A stretch of DNA of 64,000 nt from contig JASCQW010000072.1 of the NCBI GenBank assembly GCA_030264375.1, forward strand, positions 93,862,682 through 93,926,681, in the 5' to 3' direction. Both the position numbers and the translations under genes were made by a program. The DNA comes from Carcharhinus longimanus (lineage: Eukaryota). Under the pieces are notes generated by a model. That model had not been told where the DNA came from. It did no database searches and worked only from the letters and a program-made list of their open reading frames with translations. Numbering within the stretch: the stretch's first letter is position 1; each line of letters begins with the position of its first letter. Of this stretch, positions 1-10,451 are shown piece after piece.

Positions 1-78
1 AGGTGTTGATGTGATCGGCGCAACTCATGGGCCGAAGGGCCTGTTTGTGCTGTAGTGTTCTATGTTCTATGTTCTATG
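1..78 (+). mobile_element. 3' end of a CR1/HER1-type LINE with (TTCTATG)n tail
   Basis: gggccgaagggcctgtt...gctgtagtg followed by tandem ttctatg. Confidence 0.75.
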
Positions 79-484
79 ACATTACCATTGCACCACAACA
101 TCTATAGTGCCAATAGGGTCAATTAAAAATCGCTTTAAAATGTCATTTATTCACAGATTTCCACTATGTTAAAAAAATCCTTTTACTACAGCTCTATAAA
201 ATGTCAATTATCCAGACTTTTTGAAGAGGCAATAGCTGAAACTATAAGCCCTGGAAACCCCTTAACCTTGTGTAAAGAAATATTGTGAAATTGATAGCAG
301 AGGTCAGGGAGCCCAAGTTATCAAGCAGACAATGTTTTCTCTAAGGGTCAGTTGTTTTAACAGGCATTTGGGTAAATGGGCCCTTGGCTAAAGACACATA
401 TTGAGGCTTAGCTGAAGGCCCAGAAATCCATTAAAATATTAAAACACCAGAGCCCTCACTTGCTTAGACTGCAAATTTGACTTC

Positions 485-499
485 TGCCACTAGGTGGCC
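485..499 (+). promoter_or_regulatory. CTCF-like motif (TGCCACTAGGTGGCC)
   Basis: Close match to the CCACYAGRKGGC core in non-repetitive sequence. Motif match only. Confidence 0.4.
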
Positions 500-1587
500 A
501 ATAGGTGCAAATTCATTTCCAGGTAGTACAGTGGGCACTCATTTGTATTTCTTTGTTGTATTTCATTCAGTAACATCCATAGATCAGTCTCATTAACATT
601 GTATGTTCTTTTTTCTCTCCTTGCTAAGCCTTGATATCTTTCTCAGGTGCCACTGACTGGTGCTTCACTGGATGCGAAGCTTTATAAGTAGCGTATCGCA
701 CTTAATCCATGCACTATCAGCCCAATCCCAAACGTTCTCCATAGCAGGGAGAGTTCTCACACAAGGTGGAGAGTGCCACACTGCAGGCTGGAGCAATCTA
801 CGTATTTAATAGGTCAGCCAACTCCATTCTGACTCCGTTGGCCTCTTAAATCATTAAAGGATTAGAGTGACCGCCACTGCAGATCAAGTACTTCACCTGC
901 TGTCAGTCTGTCTGCATTATCAATTTATCAAGTTCAGAAAATAATGCAGTTCCATCTTTGGATATGTGAAGGATCAGTTTGTGGAATGTATGAACAATTG
1001 TTTATCATAACATTTCTAAGCTTTCTATTCAACAATAGCATTCAAAACTAACCATTCCTCCAGATGATATTGAAAAACACTGTCAATGACTTGAAGAAAA
1101 TGTATTGGAAATAATTGTGTCTTTTTATGTCATGTGGAAAAGTATGACTTTTGAACTGAAGTGTTGTCTTGTTATAAAGAGACTTCCTGCTGAACAGAAA
1201 TTGAAATAATGATGGAAAATTGAAAGAACTTGCTTTTCTATAATTGTTCTCATGTCTTCCGTACATCCCAACATACTTCAGGTCTATGTAGTCACTACTA
1301 TTACATAGGTGTGTACAGTCGTGAGTTTCTACTCAATGAAGTATCACGAGGAACAAGCTAGGTAAATGATCAGTTCAGTGATTTTTGAGATATTGCTTCA
1401 GGGGTAAATGTGGATTGTGACACTGACAGAACCATTGTACACTTTTATGAAATAAGAATTAAGAGCTGGAACAGGCCACTTAGAACCTTGAGCCTGCTCT
1501 GCCATTGATTCAAATCATTGTCATAAAGGTATACAGCATGGAACTTGTCCATTATGCTCAGTTTCTATCGCTAATCTAGTCCCAGTT

Positions 1588-1897
1588 GGGTGGCATGGTG
1601 ACACAGTGGTTAGCATTGATGCCTCAGAGCTCCAGGGACCCGGATTCAATTCCCAGCTTGGGTCACTGTCTGTGTGGAGTCTTCATGTTCTCTGTGTCTG
1701 CGTAGGTTTCCTCCAGGTGCTCCAGTTTCCTCCCGCTGTGCAAAGATGTACAGGTTAGGTTGATTGGCCATGTTAAATTGCCCCTTAGGGTCCCAGGATG
1801 TGTATGTTAGGAGGTAAATATGTGGGGTTTTGGGGATAGGGCCTGGATGCAGACTCGATGGGCCAAATGGCCTCCTTCTGCACTGTAATGCTATAAA
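1588..1897 (+). mobile_element. HE1/V-SINE-type tRNA-derived SINE (tail A), inserted in a minus-strand CR1 tail (~1520-2000)
   Basis: Head ...cagtggttagca.tg.tgcctca with A/B boxes, central gtgtctgcgt.ggtttcctcc domain, CR1-like tail gactcgatgggccaaatggcctccttctgcactgta. Confidence 0.85.
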
Positions 1898-2009
1898 TTG
1901 TCTGCATTTCGCCCATATCCCTCTATACCCATCTTACCCATGTAACTGTCTAAATGTTTTTAAAAGACAAAATTATACCCGCCTCTACTACTACTGCCTC
2001 TGTAGAGTA

Positions 2010-2590
2010 GAATGAAGAAATTCTTTCTCATGACTGATCTGACTGCAACAATTTGCGGATGGTGGTGTTCCCATGCATCTGATACACTTGTCATTTTAGG
2101 CGGTAGAGATTGTGGGTTTGGAAGGTGCTGCCAAAGGAGCCTTGGTGAGTTGCTGCTGTACATCTTGTAGATGATACACATTGCTGCCACAGTGCATCAG
2201 TGGTGAAGGGGATAGATGCTGAACGTGGTGAATGGAGTGGCTTTGTCCCGGATGATGACAATCTTCATGAATGTTGTTGGAACTACACTCATCCAAACAA
2301 GTAGAGAGAATTCTATGACATTCCTGACTTATGTATTGTAGACGGTGGTCAGAATCTGGGGAGTCTGAATGTGAGTTGCTCATTACAGAATTCCCAGTCT
2401 CTGACCTGCTCCTGTGGCCCCATAATTTGTACGGCTGTTTCAACTCAGTGTCCAGTCAACGGTAAGCCCAGGATGTTGTTGAAGGGGAATTCAGTAATGG
2501 TAATGCCATTGAATATCAAGGGCAGATGCTTAGCATTGCCAAGGACATTCCACTTGTTAGCCCAACCCATAACATTGTACAGGTTTTTTT
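2010..2590 (-). mobile_element. Degenerate LINE (CR1/L2-group) fragment, same family as 6950-8090
   Basis: Shares gggtttggaaggtgc...gagcct...gtgagtt...cttgtagatgat...cattgct.ccac.gtgc.tcagtggtg with 7215-7305. Confidence 0.75.
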
Positions 2591-2611
2591 TTAGGTGAAT
2601 TTACTTTTGAA

Positions 2612-2712
2612 GAAAGTGATAAAATGGTCATTTGGACTTGAAACATTAACTCTGTTTCCCCACCACAGGTGCTACCAGATCTGCTGAGTTATCCAGCATT
2701 TCGTTTTTCTTT
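2612..2712 (+). mobile_element. Penelope-like element terminal fragment (family 2)
   Basis: ggtca...gacttgaaacattaactctgttt...cacaggtgctaccagatctgctgagt.atccagcattt; the reverse complement resembles 24900-24990. Confidence 0.55.
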
Positions 2713-2946
2713 TGAGGGATTGATCTTGTTCACCACGCTTATGCACACTTATATCTTGATTCAATGCTATTCTCTTGCTACGGAGTTCTTTCAGCATGTG
2801 ATCTGCAATTTCTTCCCAGCTCAACCTTACAGTTTGCAGTGCGTTCCTTGGCACTTGTATTATTCTTTTCGGAGTGAGGTGCAGTGGTAACATTTGGACA
2901 GCAATGGTGAAAAATGGTGAGATTAGGTGTATGTTATTGGTTAGAG

Positions 2947-3250
2947 TCATAGAATCCCTACAGTGCAGAAGGAGACCATTCAATCCATCAAGCTTGCACT
3001 GACAACATGGGCCCTATTCCCATGAGCCCACATCTTTACCCTGCTTGCCCCCCTGTCACTAAGGAGCAATTTTAGCATGATCAATCAACATAAGCTGCAC
3101 ATCTTTGGAGTGTGGAAGGAAATCAGAACATCACGCTGACACGGGGTGAACATGCCAACTCCATACAGACAGTGACTGAAGGCAGGAATTGAACACGGGT
3201 CCCTATCATTGTGAGGCAGCAGTGCTAACCACTGTGCCACTGTGCCGCCC
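2947..3250 (-). mobile_element. HE1/V-SINE-type SINE (tail A)
   Basis: Reverse complement of the family head (gtgaggcagcagtgctaaccactgtgccac) and tail (catagaatccctacagtgcagaagg). Confidence 0.85.
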
Positions 3251-4750
3251 TAGTTCTAGAATAGACTTTTCCATGAGGGACTACAGCAGCACAAGCTCCC
3301 TTGAGCTTTAAGTTGAATACCTGACACTCCAACAGATAATGAGAAGGAAACAATGTAAATTTGTAGTTAATATAGAAAGTTATCTAATTCAGGTTTCGAG
3401 CTTGACTTTCAGGGAATTAAGATTACATAAATTACAATGCTAATTTCATTAATTATTTTCAGCTGCAAGAATTTGTGACAGCTTTTAAGAGTTTTAGTTT
3501 TAAAGAAAGATATCCTTTAATTACATTTCATACTCAGAATATATTAATTAGGGCAACTGATAAAAGTCGTTTTAATTTAAAGTGATTTGAGCTTGCGCTA
3601 TATAATCAGTCTATTACTCTTGAAATCCTTCATGGTTTGTCATCTTCCTTGATTAAAATCATCCTCGGTCATGACTAGGTGGATTATTTTTTATTATTAT
3701 AAAGTGAGAACTAGTTTCTACCTGAGGGAGAGGAATTAACCTCGGGGCTGGAGTTGGACTAAGAGATAAGGCTGAGTTTCCTGCTGCAGATTTTTTCTGA
3801 ATACTAAAGCTTGGTTAAAAAAAACTGAAGTTGATACTCTCAGTTAAGGCTGAGATTATTTTTTATTCATTTGTGGGACATGGGTATTTCTGGCTGGCCA
3901 GCACTTAATACCCATCTGTAGTTGACCTTAAAGGGCAGTTGAGAGTCAACCACGTTGCTGTGGCTCTGAAGTCACACGTAAGCCAGTTAATATATTGTTT
4001 TAGGGTAGGAGTCTGTGTTACAAGGGCTGATCCATAGTATAACATTGGCCTTGACAATACGTTGACTGTCTTGCTGCTCCCATTTAGCTTTCTCGTTGTT
4101 GGTCACCCAGCAACTCTTCATAGTAAAAGGTTGTAAGGTGAATAAAGAAGTACACAAATGGTGAAGGGGGCTAACAGGAGGGATTAATTACTCTATCCTG
4201 GCAAATTCCATTTGACCCATTATTCCTCTCCAGTGAGAGTCAGCTTTTGGATTTTTTTGAGAGTTGGTCCTGTGTTGAGCATTGCAGTGAACAAAAAAGA
4301 TGGTTTCTACTTTGTTGCTATGCGCGAATGCCTGTATTTGGGTCCGCACTGGTTAAGGATGTACTTCATCTGTGTGAGGATGATTTTGAAGGTTTGAAGA
4401 AATTCTTGTGCTTAAATTGCCAGCTGTGAAAATAGCTCTGACAGGCAAACATGTGAGAGCCCAACAGAGAGCAAATCCACTCCTTGGATACTCATGATTA
4501 TCACTAGAATATTAAAATGAGGGAGGAGGAGAATTGTCCTTTCCACGTAGAACATTATTAGACAGTGGAATAGTGGTGGCTATTGAAGTACAGAAGAAAT
4601 CGTCATTAAAAGGAAGAACGCAACAAGAGACAAGGCCTTCATAGCGAGGGGGATTGAATATAAAAGTAGGGAGGTCTTGCTGCAGCTGTATAGGGCATTG
4701 GTGAGGCCGNNNNNNNNNNNNNNNNNNNNNNNNNNNNNNNNNNNNNNNNN

Positions 4751-5032
4751 CCATTCACTGATTCTCCAAAACAGCATCTTACCCAGACCAACCCTCCCCA
4801 CCTCACCCCCCATGCTGACCCTGCCCTATTCCCGTAACCCTGTGTATTTACCCTGGCCAATCCACCTAACTTGCACATCTTTGGACTGTGGGAGGAAACT
4901 GGAGCACCCGGAGGAAACCCACACAGACTCAGAAAGAACATGCAAACTCCACACAGACTCCCAAGGTTGGACTCAAACCTGGGTCCTTGGACTGTGAGGC
5001 AGCAGTGCTAACCACTCTGCCACCATGCCGCC
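4751..5032 (-). mobile_element. HE1/V-SINE-type SINE, preceded across an N gap by a CR1 fragment (~4625-4709)
   Basis: ttggactgtgggaggaaactggagcacccggaggaaacccac...gtgaggcagcagtgctaaccac. Confidence 0.85.
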
Positions 5033-5515
5033 CAAAATAATTCCTTTGATACTGTAATATACTTATGCACAGGAAACTCAAAGTCCATTAATTGTAAGAC
5101 TGAAAAAAGACTGGTACAAACAGGCAACATTAACATCTTGTCTTATATCCTTAATCTTACACAAATATATATTGTTGTGTTGTGTTTAAATCATTGGGCT
5201 TTCTTATCCACAGAATATTATTTGTCTCTATTATTCAGATACTTGGGCAACAATACACTGAAAGCCTTTTCGTTCTTCACAGATGAAATGTTTTCTTCGG
5301 CATAAAGAGTGATGAATGTTAAAAATATCCTATTTGCTACCATAGCTTTTTCAGAAAGCAACAGGGTAAGCAGACTGAACTGTGGGGGCTGGTTTAAAAA
5401 AAAGGACAATCTCAATAAGACTGTTAAAATATATGAATTATTAAATGACGTTGGTAAGTTAAGACATATCAGGCCGATATGCCGAATGATCATACACACA
5501 AAAAACTGAAAAAAC

Positions 5516-5853
5516 CACTATGGTGGCATAGTGGTTAGCACTGCTGCCTCACATCTCCACGGATTTTGGTTCAATTCCTGGCTTGGATCACTGTGTGGAG
5601 TTTGCACATTCTCCTGTATCTGCGTAGGTTTCCTCCAGGGGCTCTGGTTTCCTCCTACAGTCCAAAGATGTGCGGGTTGGGTGCATTGGCCATGCTAAAT
5701 TGCCTCTTAGTGTCCCAGGATGCATAAATTAGAGGGATTAGCAGGGTAACTATATGGAGTTGTAGGGACAGGGCTTAGGTGGAATTGTTGCTGGTGCAGA
5801 CTTGATGGGCCAAATGGCCTACTTCTGCACTGTAGGGATTCTATGAATCTATG
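5516..5853 (+). mobile_element. HE1/V-SINE-type SINE (tail A), near full length
   Basis: Head, central domain and gcactgtagggattctatga tail are all present. Confidence 0.88.
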
Positions 5854-6475
5854 ACAAGTCAGTTTAGGTCAGATATATTTGGGAGAACATTTTCACACAA
5901 AAGAAGATAAACACCTTTCTGCTGAGAGAGCAAAGACATTTAGGGATATTCAAAAGGAAAATTAGCCTGAGCAAAGGATTTTTGGGGAAGTAAGCTATTA
6001 TCACCCTTGTCTTTCTTAAGGTCTTTTACATGAGTTAGAATTGTCCCTGTTTCACATATTCTTTCAACCTTGATTTGCTATTTAAGCTGTGGGCATATTC
6101 AAGTTACTATCCAGAATTTGTTCCACTGTAACACTTGCAGAGTCATTTAAAACCATGCAGCTGACAGTACAGCAATTGAAGACAAGGAAGATGTATGACT
6201 GCAGTTCTGAGGGGTTTATTTGTTAATGATAAAATTCGCTGGAAGCCTAGATATCTAACCTTTCCATAGGAAAAGATATAAAAATAGAAAAATAGAGACT
6301 TCTAATCTAAACATTAGATTATTGGAGAATAATTTTAACATAACCCAACTGGTACGGAATTGAAGGAACAGGCGCAGCTTTCTTCATGGAGGCAGGTTCA
6401 GAATTGCCAGGAGGACATGTGATCATACAGAAGAGTGAAGATCCTGCCATCTTCCTGTCTCCTTTGGATCAAGTT

Positions 6476-6882
6476 TGATATGGAGATGCCAGCATTGGTC
6501 TGGGGTGGGTACACTAAGGAGTCTCACAACACCAGGTTAAAGTCCAACATGTTTATTTGGAATCATGAGCTTTCAGAGCACTGCTCCTTCATCAGGTGAG
6601 AATGACTTGAGTGGGTTCGTGATCTGTAGTCCTTTTAGGATCTTGTCTGCTTTCTTGCACCATTGTAGAAACTTAATTGGCCCAATTTTACTATCGCGTT
6701 TACCATTAAAAACTTGGTAAAATCAGGCATGAGGTGAATAGCATGGTCCACGCCCGCCTCTGGCTGGTTCCCCCTTTACCATGGCCTAAGAGTGATTCTC
6801 ACCTGATTAAGGAGCAGTTCTCCAAAAGCCCGTGATTTCAAATAAACCTGTTGGACTTTAATTCAGTGTTGTGAGACTTCTT
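6476..6882. mobile_element. Penelope-like fold-back element (family 1), copy 1, with hammerhead-like motifs in both arms
   Basis: Inverted arms ~6518-6600 and ~6798-6882. CTGATGA...GAAA core on the minus strand at 6561-6600. Degenerate 13-bp flanking direct repeat (tttggatcaagtt / tctgaattaagtt). Confidence 0.7.
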
Positions 6883-6949
6883 TCTGAATTAAGTTTGGGT
6901 GGGAAAGCTTGAGGACAGCCTTCTCACCCAGAGCCACGTGAGGGCCACA

Positions 6950-8090
6950 TTTTTAAAATTAATTCACGGAATGAGGGTTTTGCTGGCGAGACTAGCATTT
7001 GTTGACCATTCCTAATCGTCCTTGAGAAGGTGGTCATAAGCTACCTTCTTGAACCCCTATAATTCATATGTTGAAGATAGCCCTACAATGCTGTTATGGA
7101 GAGAATCAAGGTTTTGACCCAATAATATATTTCCAAGTCAGGATGGTGTGTGGCTGGGAGGGGAATTTCGAGGTGGTGGTGCTCCCCATTGCCCTTTTAA
7201 ATGGCAGTGGTCATGGGTTTGGAAGGTGCGACGGAGCCTTAGTGAGTTCCTGCAGTTCATCTTGTAGATGATAAACATTGCTACCACTGTGCGTCAGTGG
7301 TGGAGGGAGTGAATGTTTATAGATGGAATGCCAATTAAGCGGGCTGCGTTGTTCTGGATGGCATTAAGTTTCTTGAGTGTTGTTGGAGCTGCACACATCC
7401 AAGCAAGTAGACAACATTCCATCGCACTCCTAACTTGGCTATTCCAGTTCAGTTTCTGGTCAGTGGTACTCACTGGGATGTTGATAGTAGAGTACTCAGT
7501 GATGGTAATGTTATTGAATATCACAGGATGATGGTTAGATTCTGACTTGTTGGAGGAGATCATTGCCAGGCACTTGTGTGGCACTAAAATTAATTGCCAC
7601 TTGTCAGGCCAAGCCTGGACATTGTTCAGTTCTTGCTGCATTTGGACACAGTTGTGAATGGTGCTGAACATTGTGAAATCATCAGCGGACATCCCCACTT
7701 CTGACCTTATGATGAAAGGAAGGTCTGAAGGTGAAGCAACTGACGATGGTTGAGGCCAGGTCACTACCTTGATAAGCTCCTGCTGTGATGTTGAGATGGT
7801 TGATCTCCAACAACAACAACCATATTTCTTTGTGCCAACCAGCGGAGAGATTTCTCCCTGATTCCCATTGACTGCAGTTTTGCTCGGACTCCTTGGTGCC
7901 ATACTCGGTCAAATGATGCCTTGATGTCAAGAGCAGTCACTCTCTTTTCACCTCTGGAGTTCAGCTCTTTTGTTTATGTTTGAACCAAGGCTGGAATGAA
8001 GTCAGGAATTGAGTGACTCTGGTGGAACCAAACTAAGCGCTTGTGAGCAGCTTATTGCTGAACAAGTGCTGTTTGATAGCATTGGTGGTT
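6950..8090 (-). mobile_element. Decayed LINE (CR1/L2-group) reverse transcriptase and 3' end
   Basis: ORF 7294..7902 has an RT-like (F/S)ADD motif (VGMSADDFTMF), QQELNNVQAWPDKWQ and KLNAIQNNAARLI. Confidence 0.85.
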
Positions 8091-8634
8091 TCCCCTTCGA
8101 TGACTGAAGGAGCCACTGGTATTTAACAAACAACCAGCAGGGGCAAGTCTACTGCCAGGAAAATCTTTCAGGTTGGCTTGGTGCCTGCTTGGCAGCTGGG
8201 GTGGTGGGGGGGCATGTCCCTTTCTGCCATCCAAGTCTGACAGGCACAGCCACCAGTGGGAACCAAAGGACTTAGAATAAGACCACCCATCTAAGTCAAG
8301 CCCCTTTTGGCCTCCCCCACCACCCCCACCCCCCCCCCCACCCTCCCAAAGAGATCTCTCTATCTCTCTCCCTGGCCCCAGGGGGCAACCTGCCCCATTC
8401 ACCTATTTCTGGGGGTTCTGGCATTGATGATTCCAGTGTAAGCCATACTGCCGTACTGGTAGCGTCCATCTCTTGCTTGGTGGCACTGCCAACCTCTGAT
8501 TGGCTGGAAGGTTTCGAAAGCAGGATATCTGCTGCACACCAGAGGGAATTTCCCTCATGGGAGACGGGAAGCCTGACAGCAGGCCGACAGAATGCCGATT
8601 AGGTACTTGATTGCCAAAAGTTATCATGTGACTA

Positions 8635-9435
8635 GAAAGGAAAATAGAATGTTTACTGCAAAGGGAATTAAATATAAAAGTAAGGAAATTTTGCTTCAGT
8701 TGTTGAGACTACATGTGTATTGTGTGCAGTTTTGGCCTCCTAACTTAAGAAAGAATACCATAATACTAGAAGCAATTCTGAGAAGGTTTCATCGACTGAT
8801 TCCTGAGATGAAAGTGTTATCTTCTGAGGGAAGGTTGGATCTGTATCCATGACAGCAATCTTATTGAAACATACAGTCTGGAACTTTCTAGCCATTCATG
8901 TTGGCGGGATCTTCCAGTCATACTGATGGCTCATGTATGCCGCCAGTTTCCTGGTGATGATGGGTGTATTCAAAGTGACACCCTGGTGATGACGGTGGTC
9001 TGGAAGATCCTACTGCCGGCCGATGGCGAATGGCCTAAGTTCCCACAAAATGTGAGGGATTATGTAGAAAATACCACCCCTTAAGATCCTGAGGTGGCTT
9101 GTTAGTGTGGGTGCTGAGAGGATGTTTCCCTTTGTGAGAGAGATAGAACCGGGGGGGCCAGTTTAAAAATAAGAGGTTTCATATTTAAGTCAGAGAGGAG
9201 AATTTTCTTTCTCGCTGATGGTCATTAGTTTGTGGAAATTTTCTTCTCGGGGAGCAGTGGAGGCTGGGTCATTGAATATTTCTACTGCTGAGTTCGATAG
9301 ATGACAAGGGAATGAAAGGATATAGAGGGTAGGCAGGAAAGTGGAGTTGAGGCCACAGTCAGATCAGCCATGATCTAATCAAATGGTGGAGCAGGGCTGA
9401 ATGGCTTAATCCTGCTTCTGATTGGTATGTTCCTA
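8635..9435 (+). mobile_element. CR1 LINE 3' fragment interrupted by a MITE (~8875-9080)
   Basis: ORF 8592..8852 has CR1 ORF2-like text (KGIKYKSKEILLQL...YCVQFWPP.LRK...LEAI.RRF.RLIPEMK). The CR1 sequence cttattgaaacata|taagatcctgag is split by the insert. Confidence 0.85.
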
Positions 9436-9958
9436 TCTATCATACGGCCTCCCGAAAATAGTCCATGTGGAGTTGCAACCGGTTTCCCAGCCAGTAAATG
9501 CCTCCTTCCCCCCATTCCCCCACCACTATTAAATCCTGCCCTGAGTGCCTACTTTATATCTTGCCTCCCCCCATTTTGCATGCAGCTCCTTCTCTGATTA
9601 TTGCTTGTTCTCTGTTCCATCCTCTTCACTACTGGAAACCAATCTTTCAATCACTATGATTCTTCTCTCTCGTAACCACTTTGCTTTGTCACCTCCCTTA
9701 CTCTCTTTAAACGCCTCCTCTCTCTAACTCTTGTGTTTAGGCTTGCCCTGAATTTTTTTTCTCTCAGTTTTAAACGCTTTTCTCATTGTTAAGTGGTCCA
9801 TGCCATTTATTTGAGTGTTGTACAGATGCAACTTGTTTAGAAATTTCAGAAAGCACACTCAAAGAACAGGACAAAGCCCCTGGATTTTCCCTGAGTATTC
9901 AGTGAGTCTCGAGATGATAACCTTTTCATTTCACCCCTTAGAGGAAACTGCAGCTGAA

Positions 9959-10229
9959 GGCACGGTGGCACAGTGGTTGGCACTGCTGCTCACAAAGCCA
10001 GGGACCTGGGTTCGATTCCTGGCTTGGGTCACTGTCTGCTGGAGTCTGTGTCGATTTTCTCCGAGTGCTCCGGATTCCTCCCAGTCATCCCATCTGGTTA
10101 GGTGCATTAGCCATGCTAAATTCTCCATCAGTGTACTCAAACAAGTGCCAGAGTATGGTGAATAGGTGATTTTCATAGTAACTTCATTGCATTGTGAATA
10201 TAAACTGACTTGTGACACTAATAAATAAG
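9959..10229 (+). mobile_element. V-SINE-type SINE with alternative tail (tail B)
   Basis: Same head as the HE1-type copies but ends ...agtaacttcattgca...cttgtgacactaataaataa. Confidence 0.85.
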
Positions 10230-10399
10230 CTAAAGTCGCTTCAAAAGTGTCATTAGACATTTTTGTTCACCACATGAACATACTTTCGTATCTACATTGA
10301 AGCTATTTCCAAACATGTGAAAATTCTGAGCAAATAAACTTACTCTGCCACTAATGTTTACTTTCAAATTCAAATGAGCAGAAAACAATTTTAATCACT

Positions 10400-10451
10400 C
10401 GATAAATCATAGAAGAAACACAAGCATCATAAAACAAAATTTATCTTTAAT
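10400..10451 (-). terminator. Putative distal polyadenylation signal (ATTAAA at 10451-10446) with downstream U/GU-rich element
   Basis: Minus strand reads ...gacactta ATTAAA gataaattttgttttatgatgcttgtgtttcttc (overlapping). Transposons resume just beyond this point (SINE ending ~10229). Confidence 0.55.

Noticed and set aside
1588-1660. tRNA gene calls at SINE heads
   Set aside because: A/B boxes are present but run directly into SINE core and tail sequence, and copies are divergent. Not functional tRNAs.
7294-7902. 202-aa ORF as a host gene
   Set aside because: Decayed LINE reverse transcriptase fragment with a mutated catalytic motif and internal deletions.
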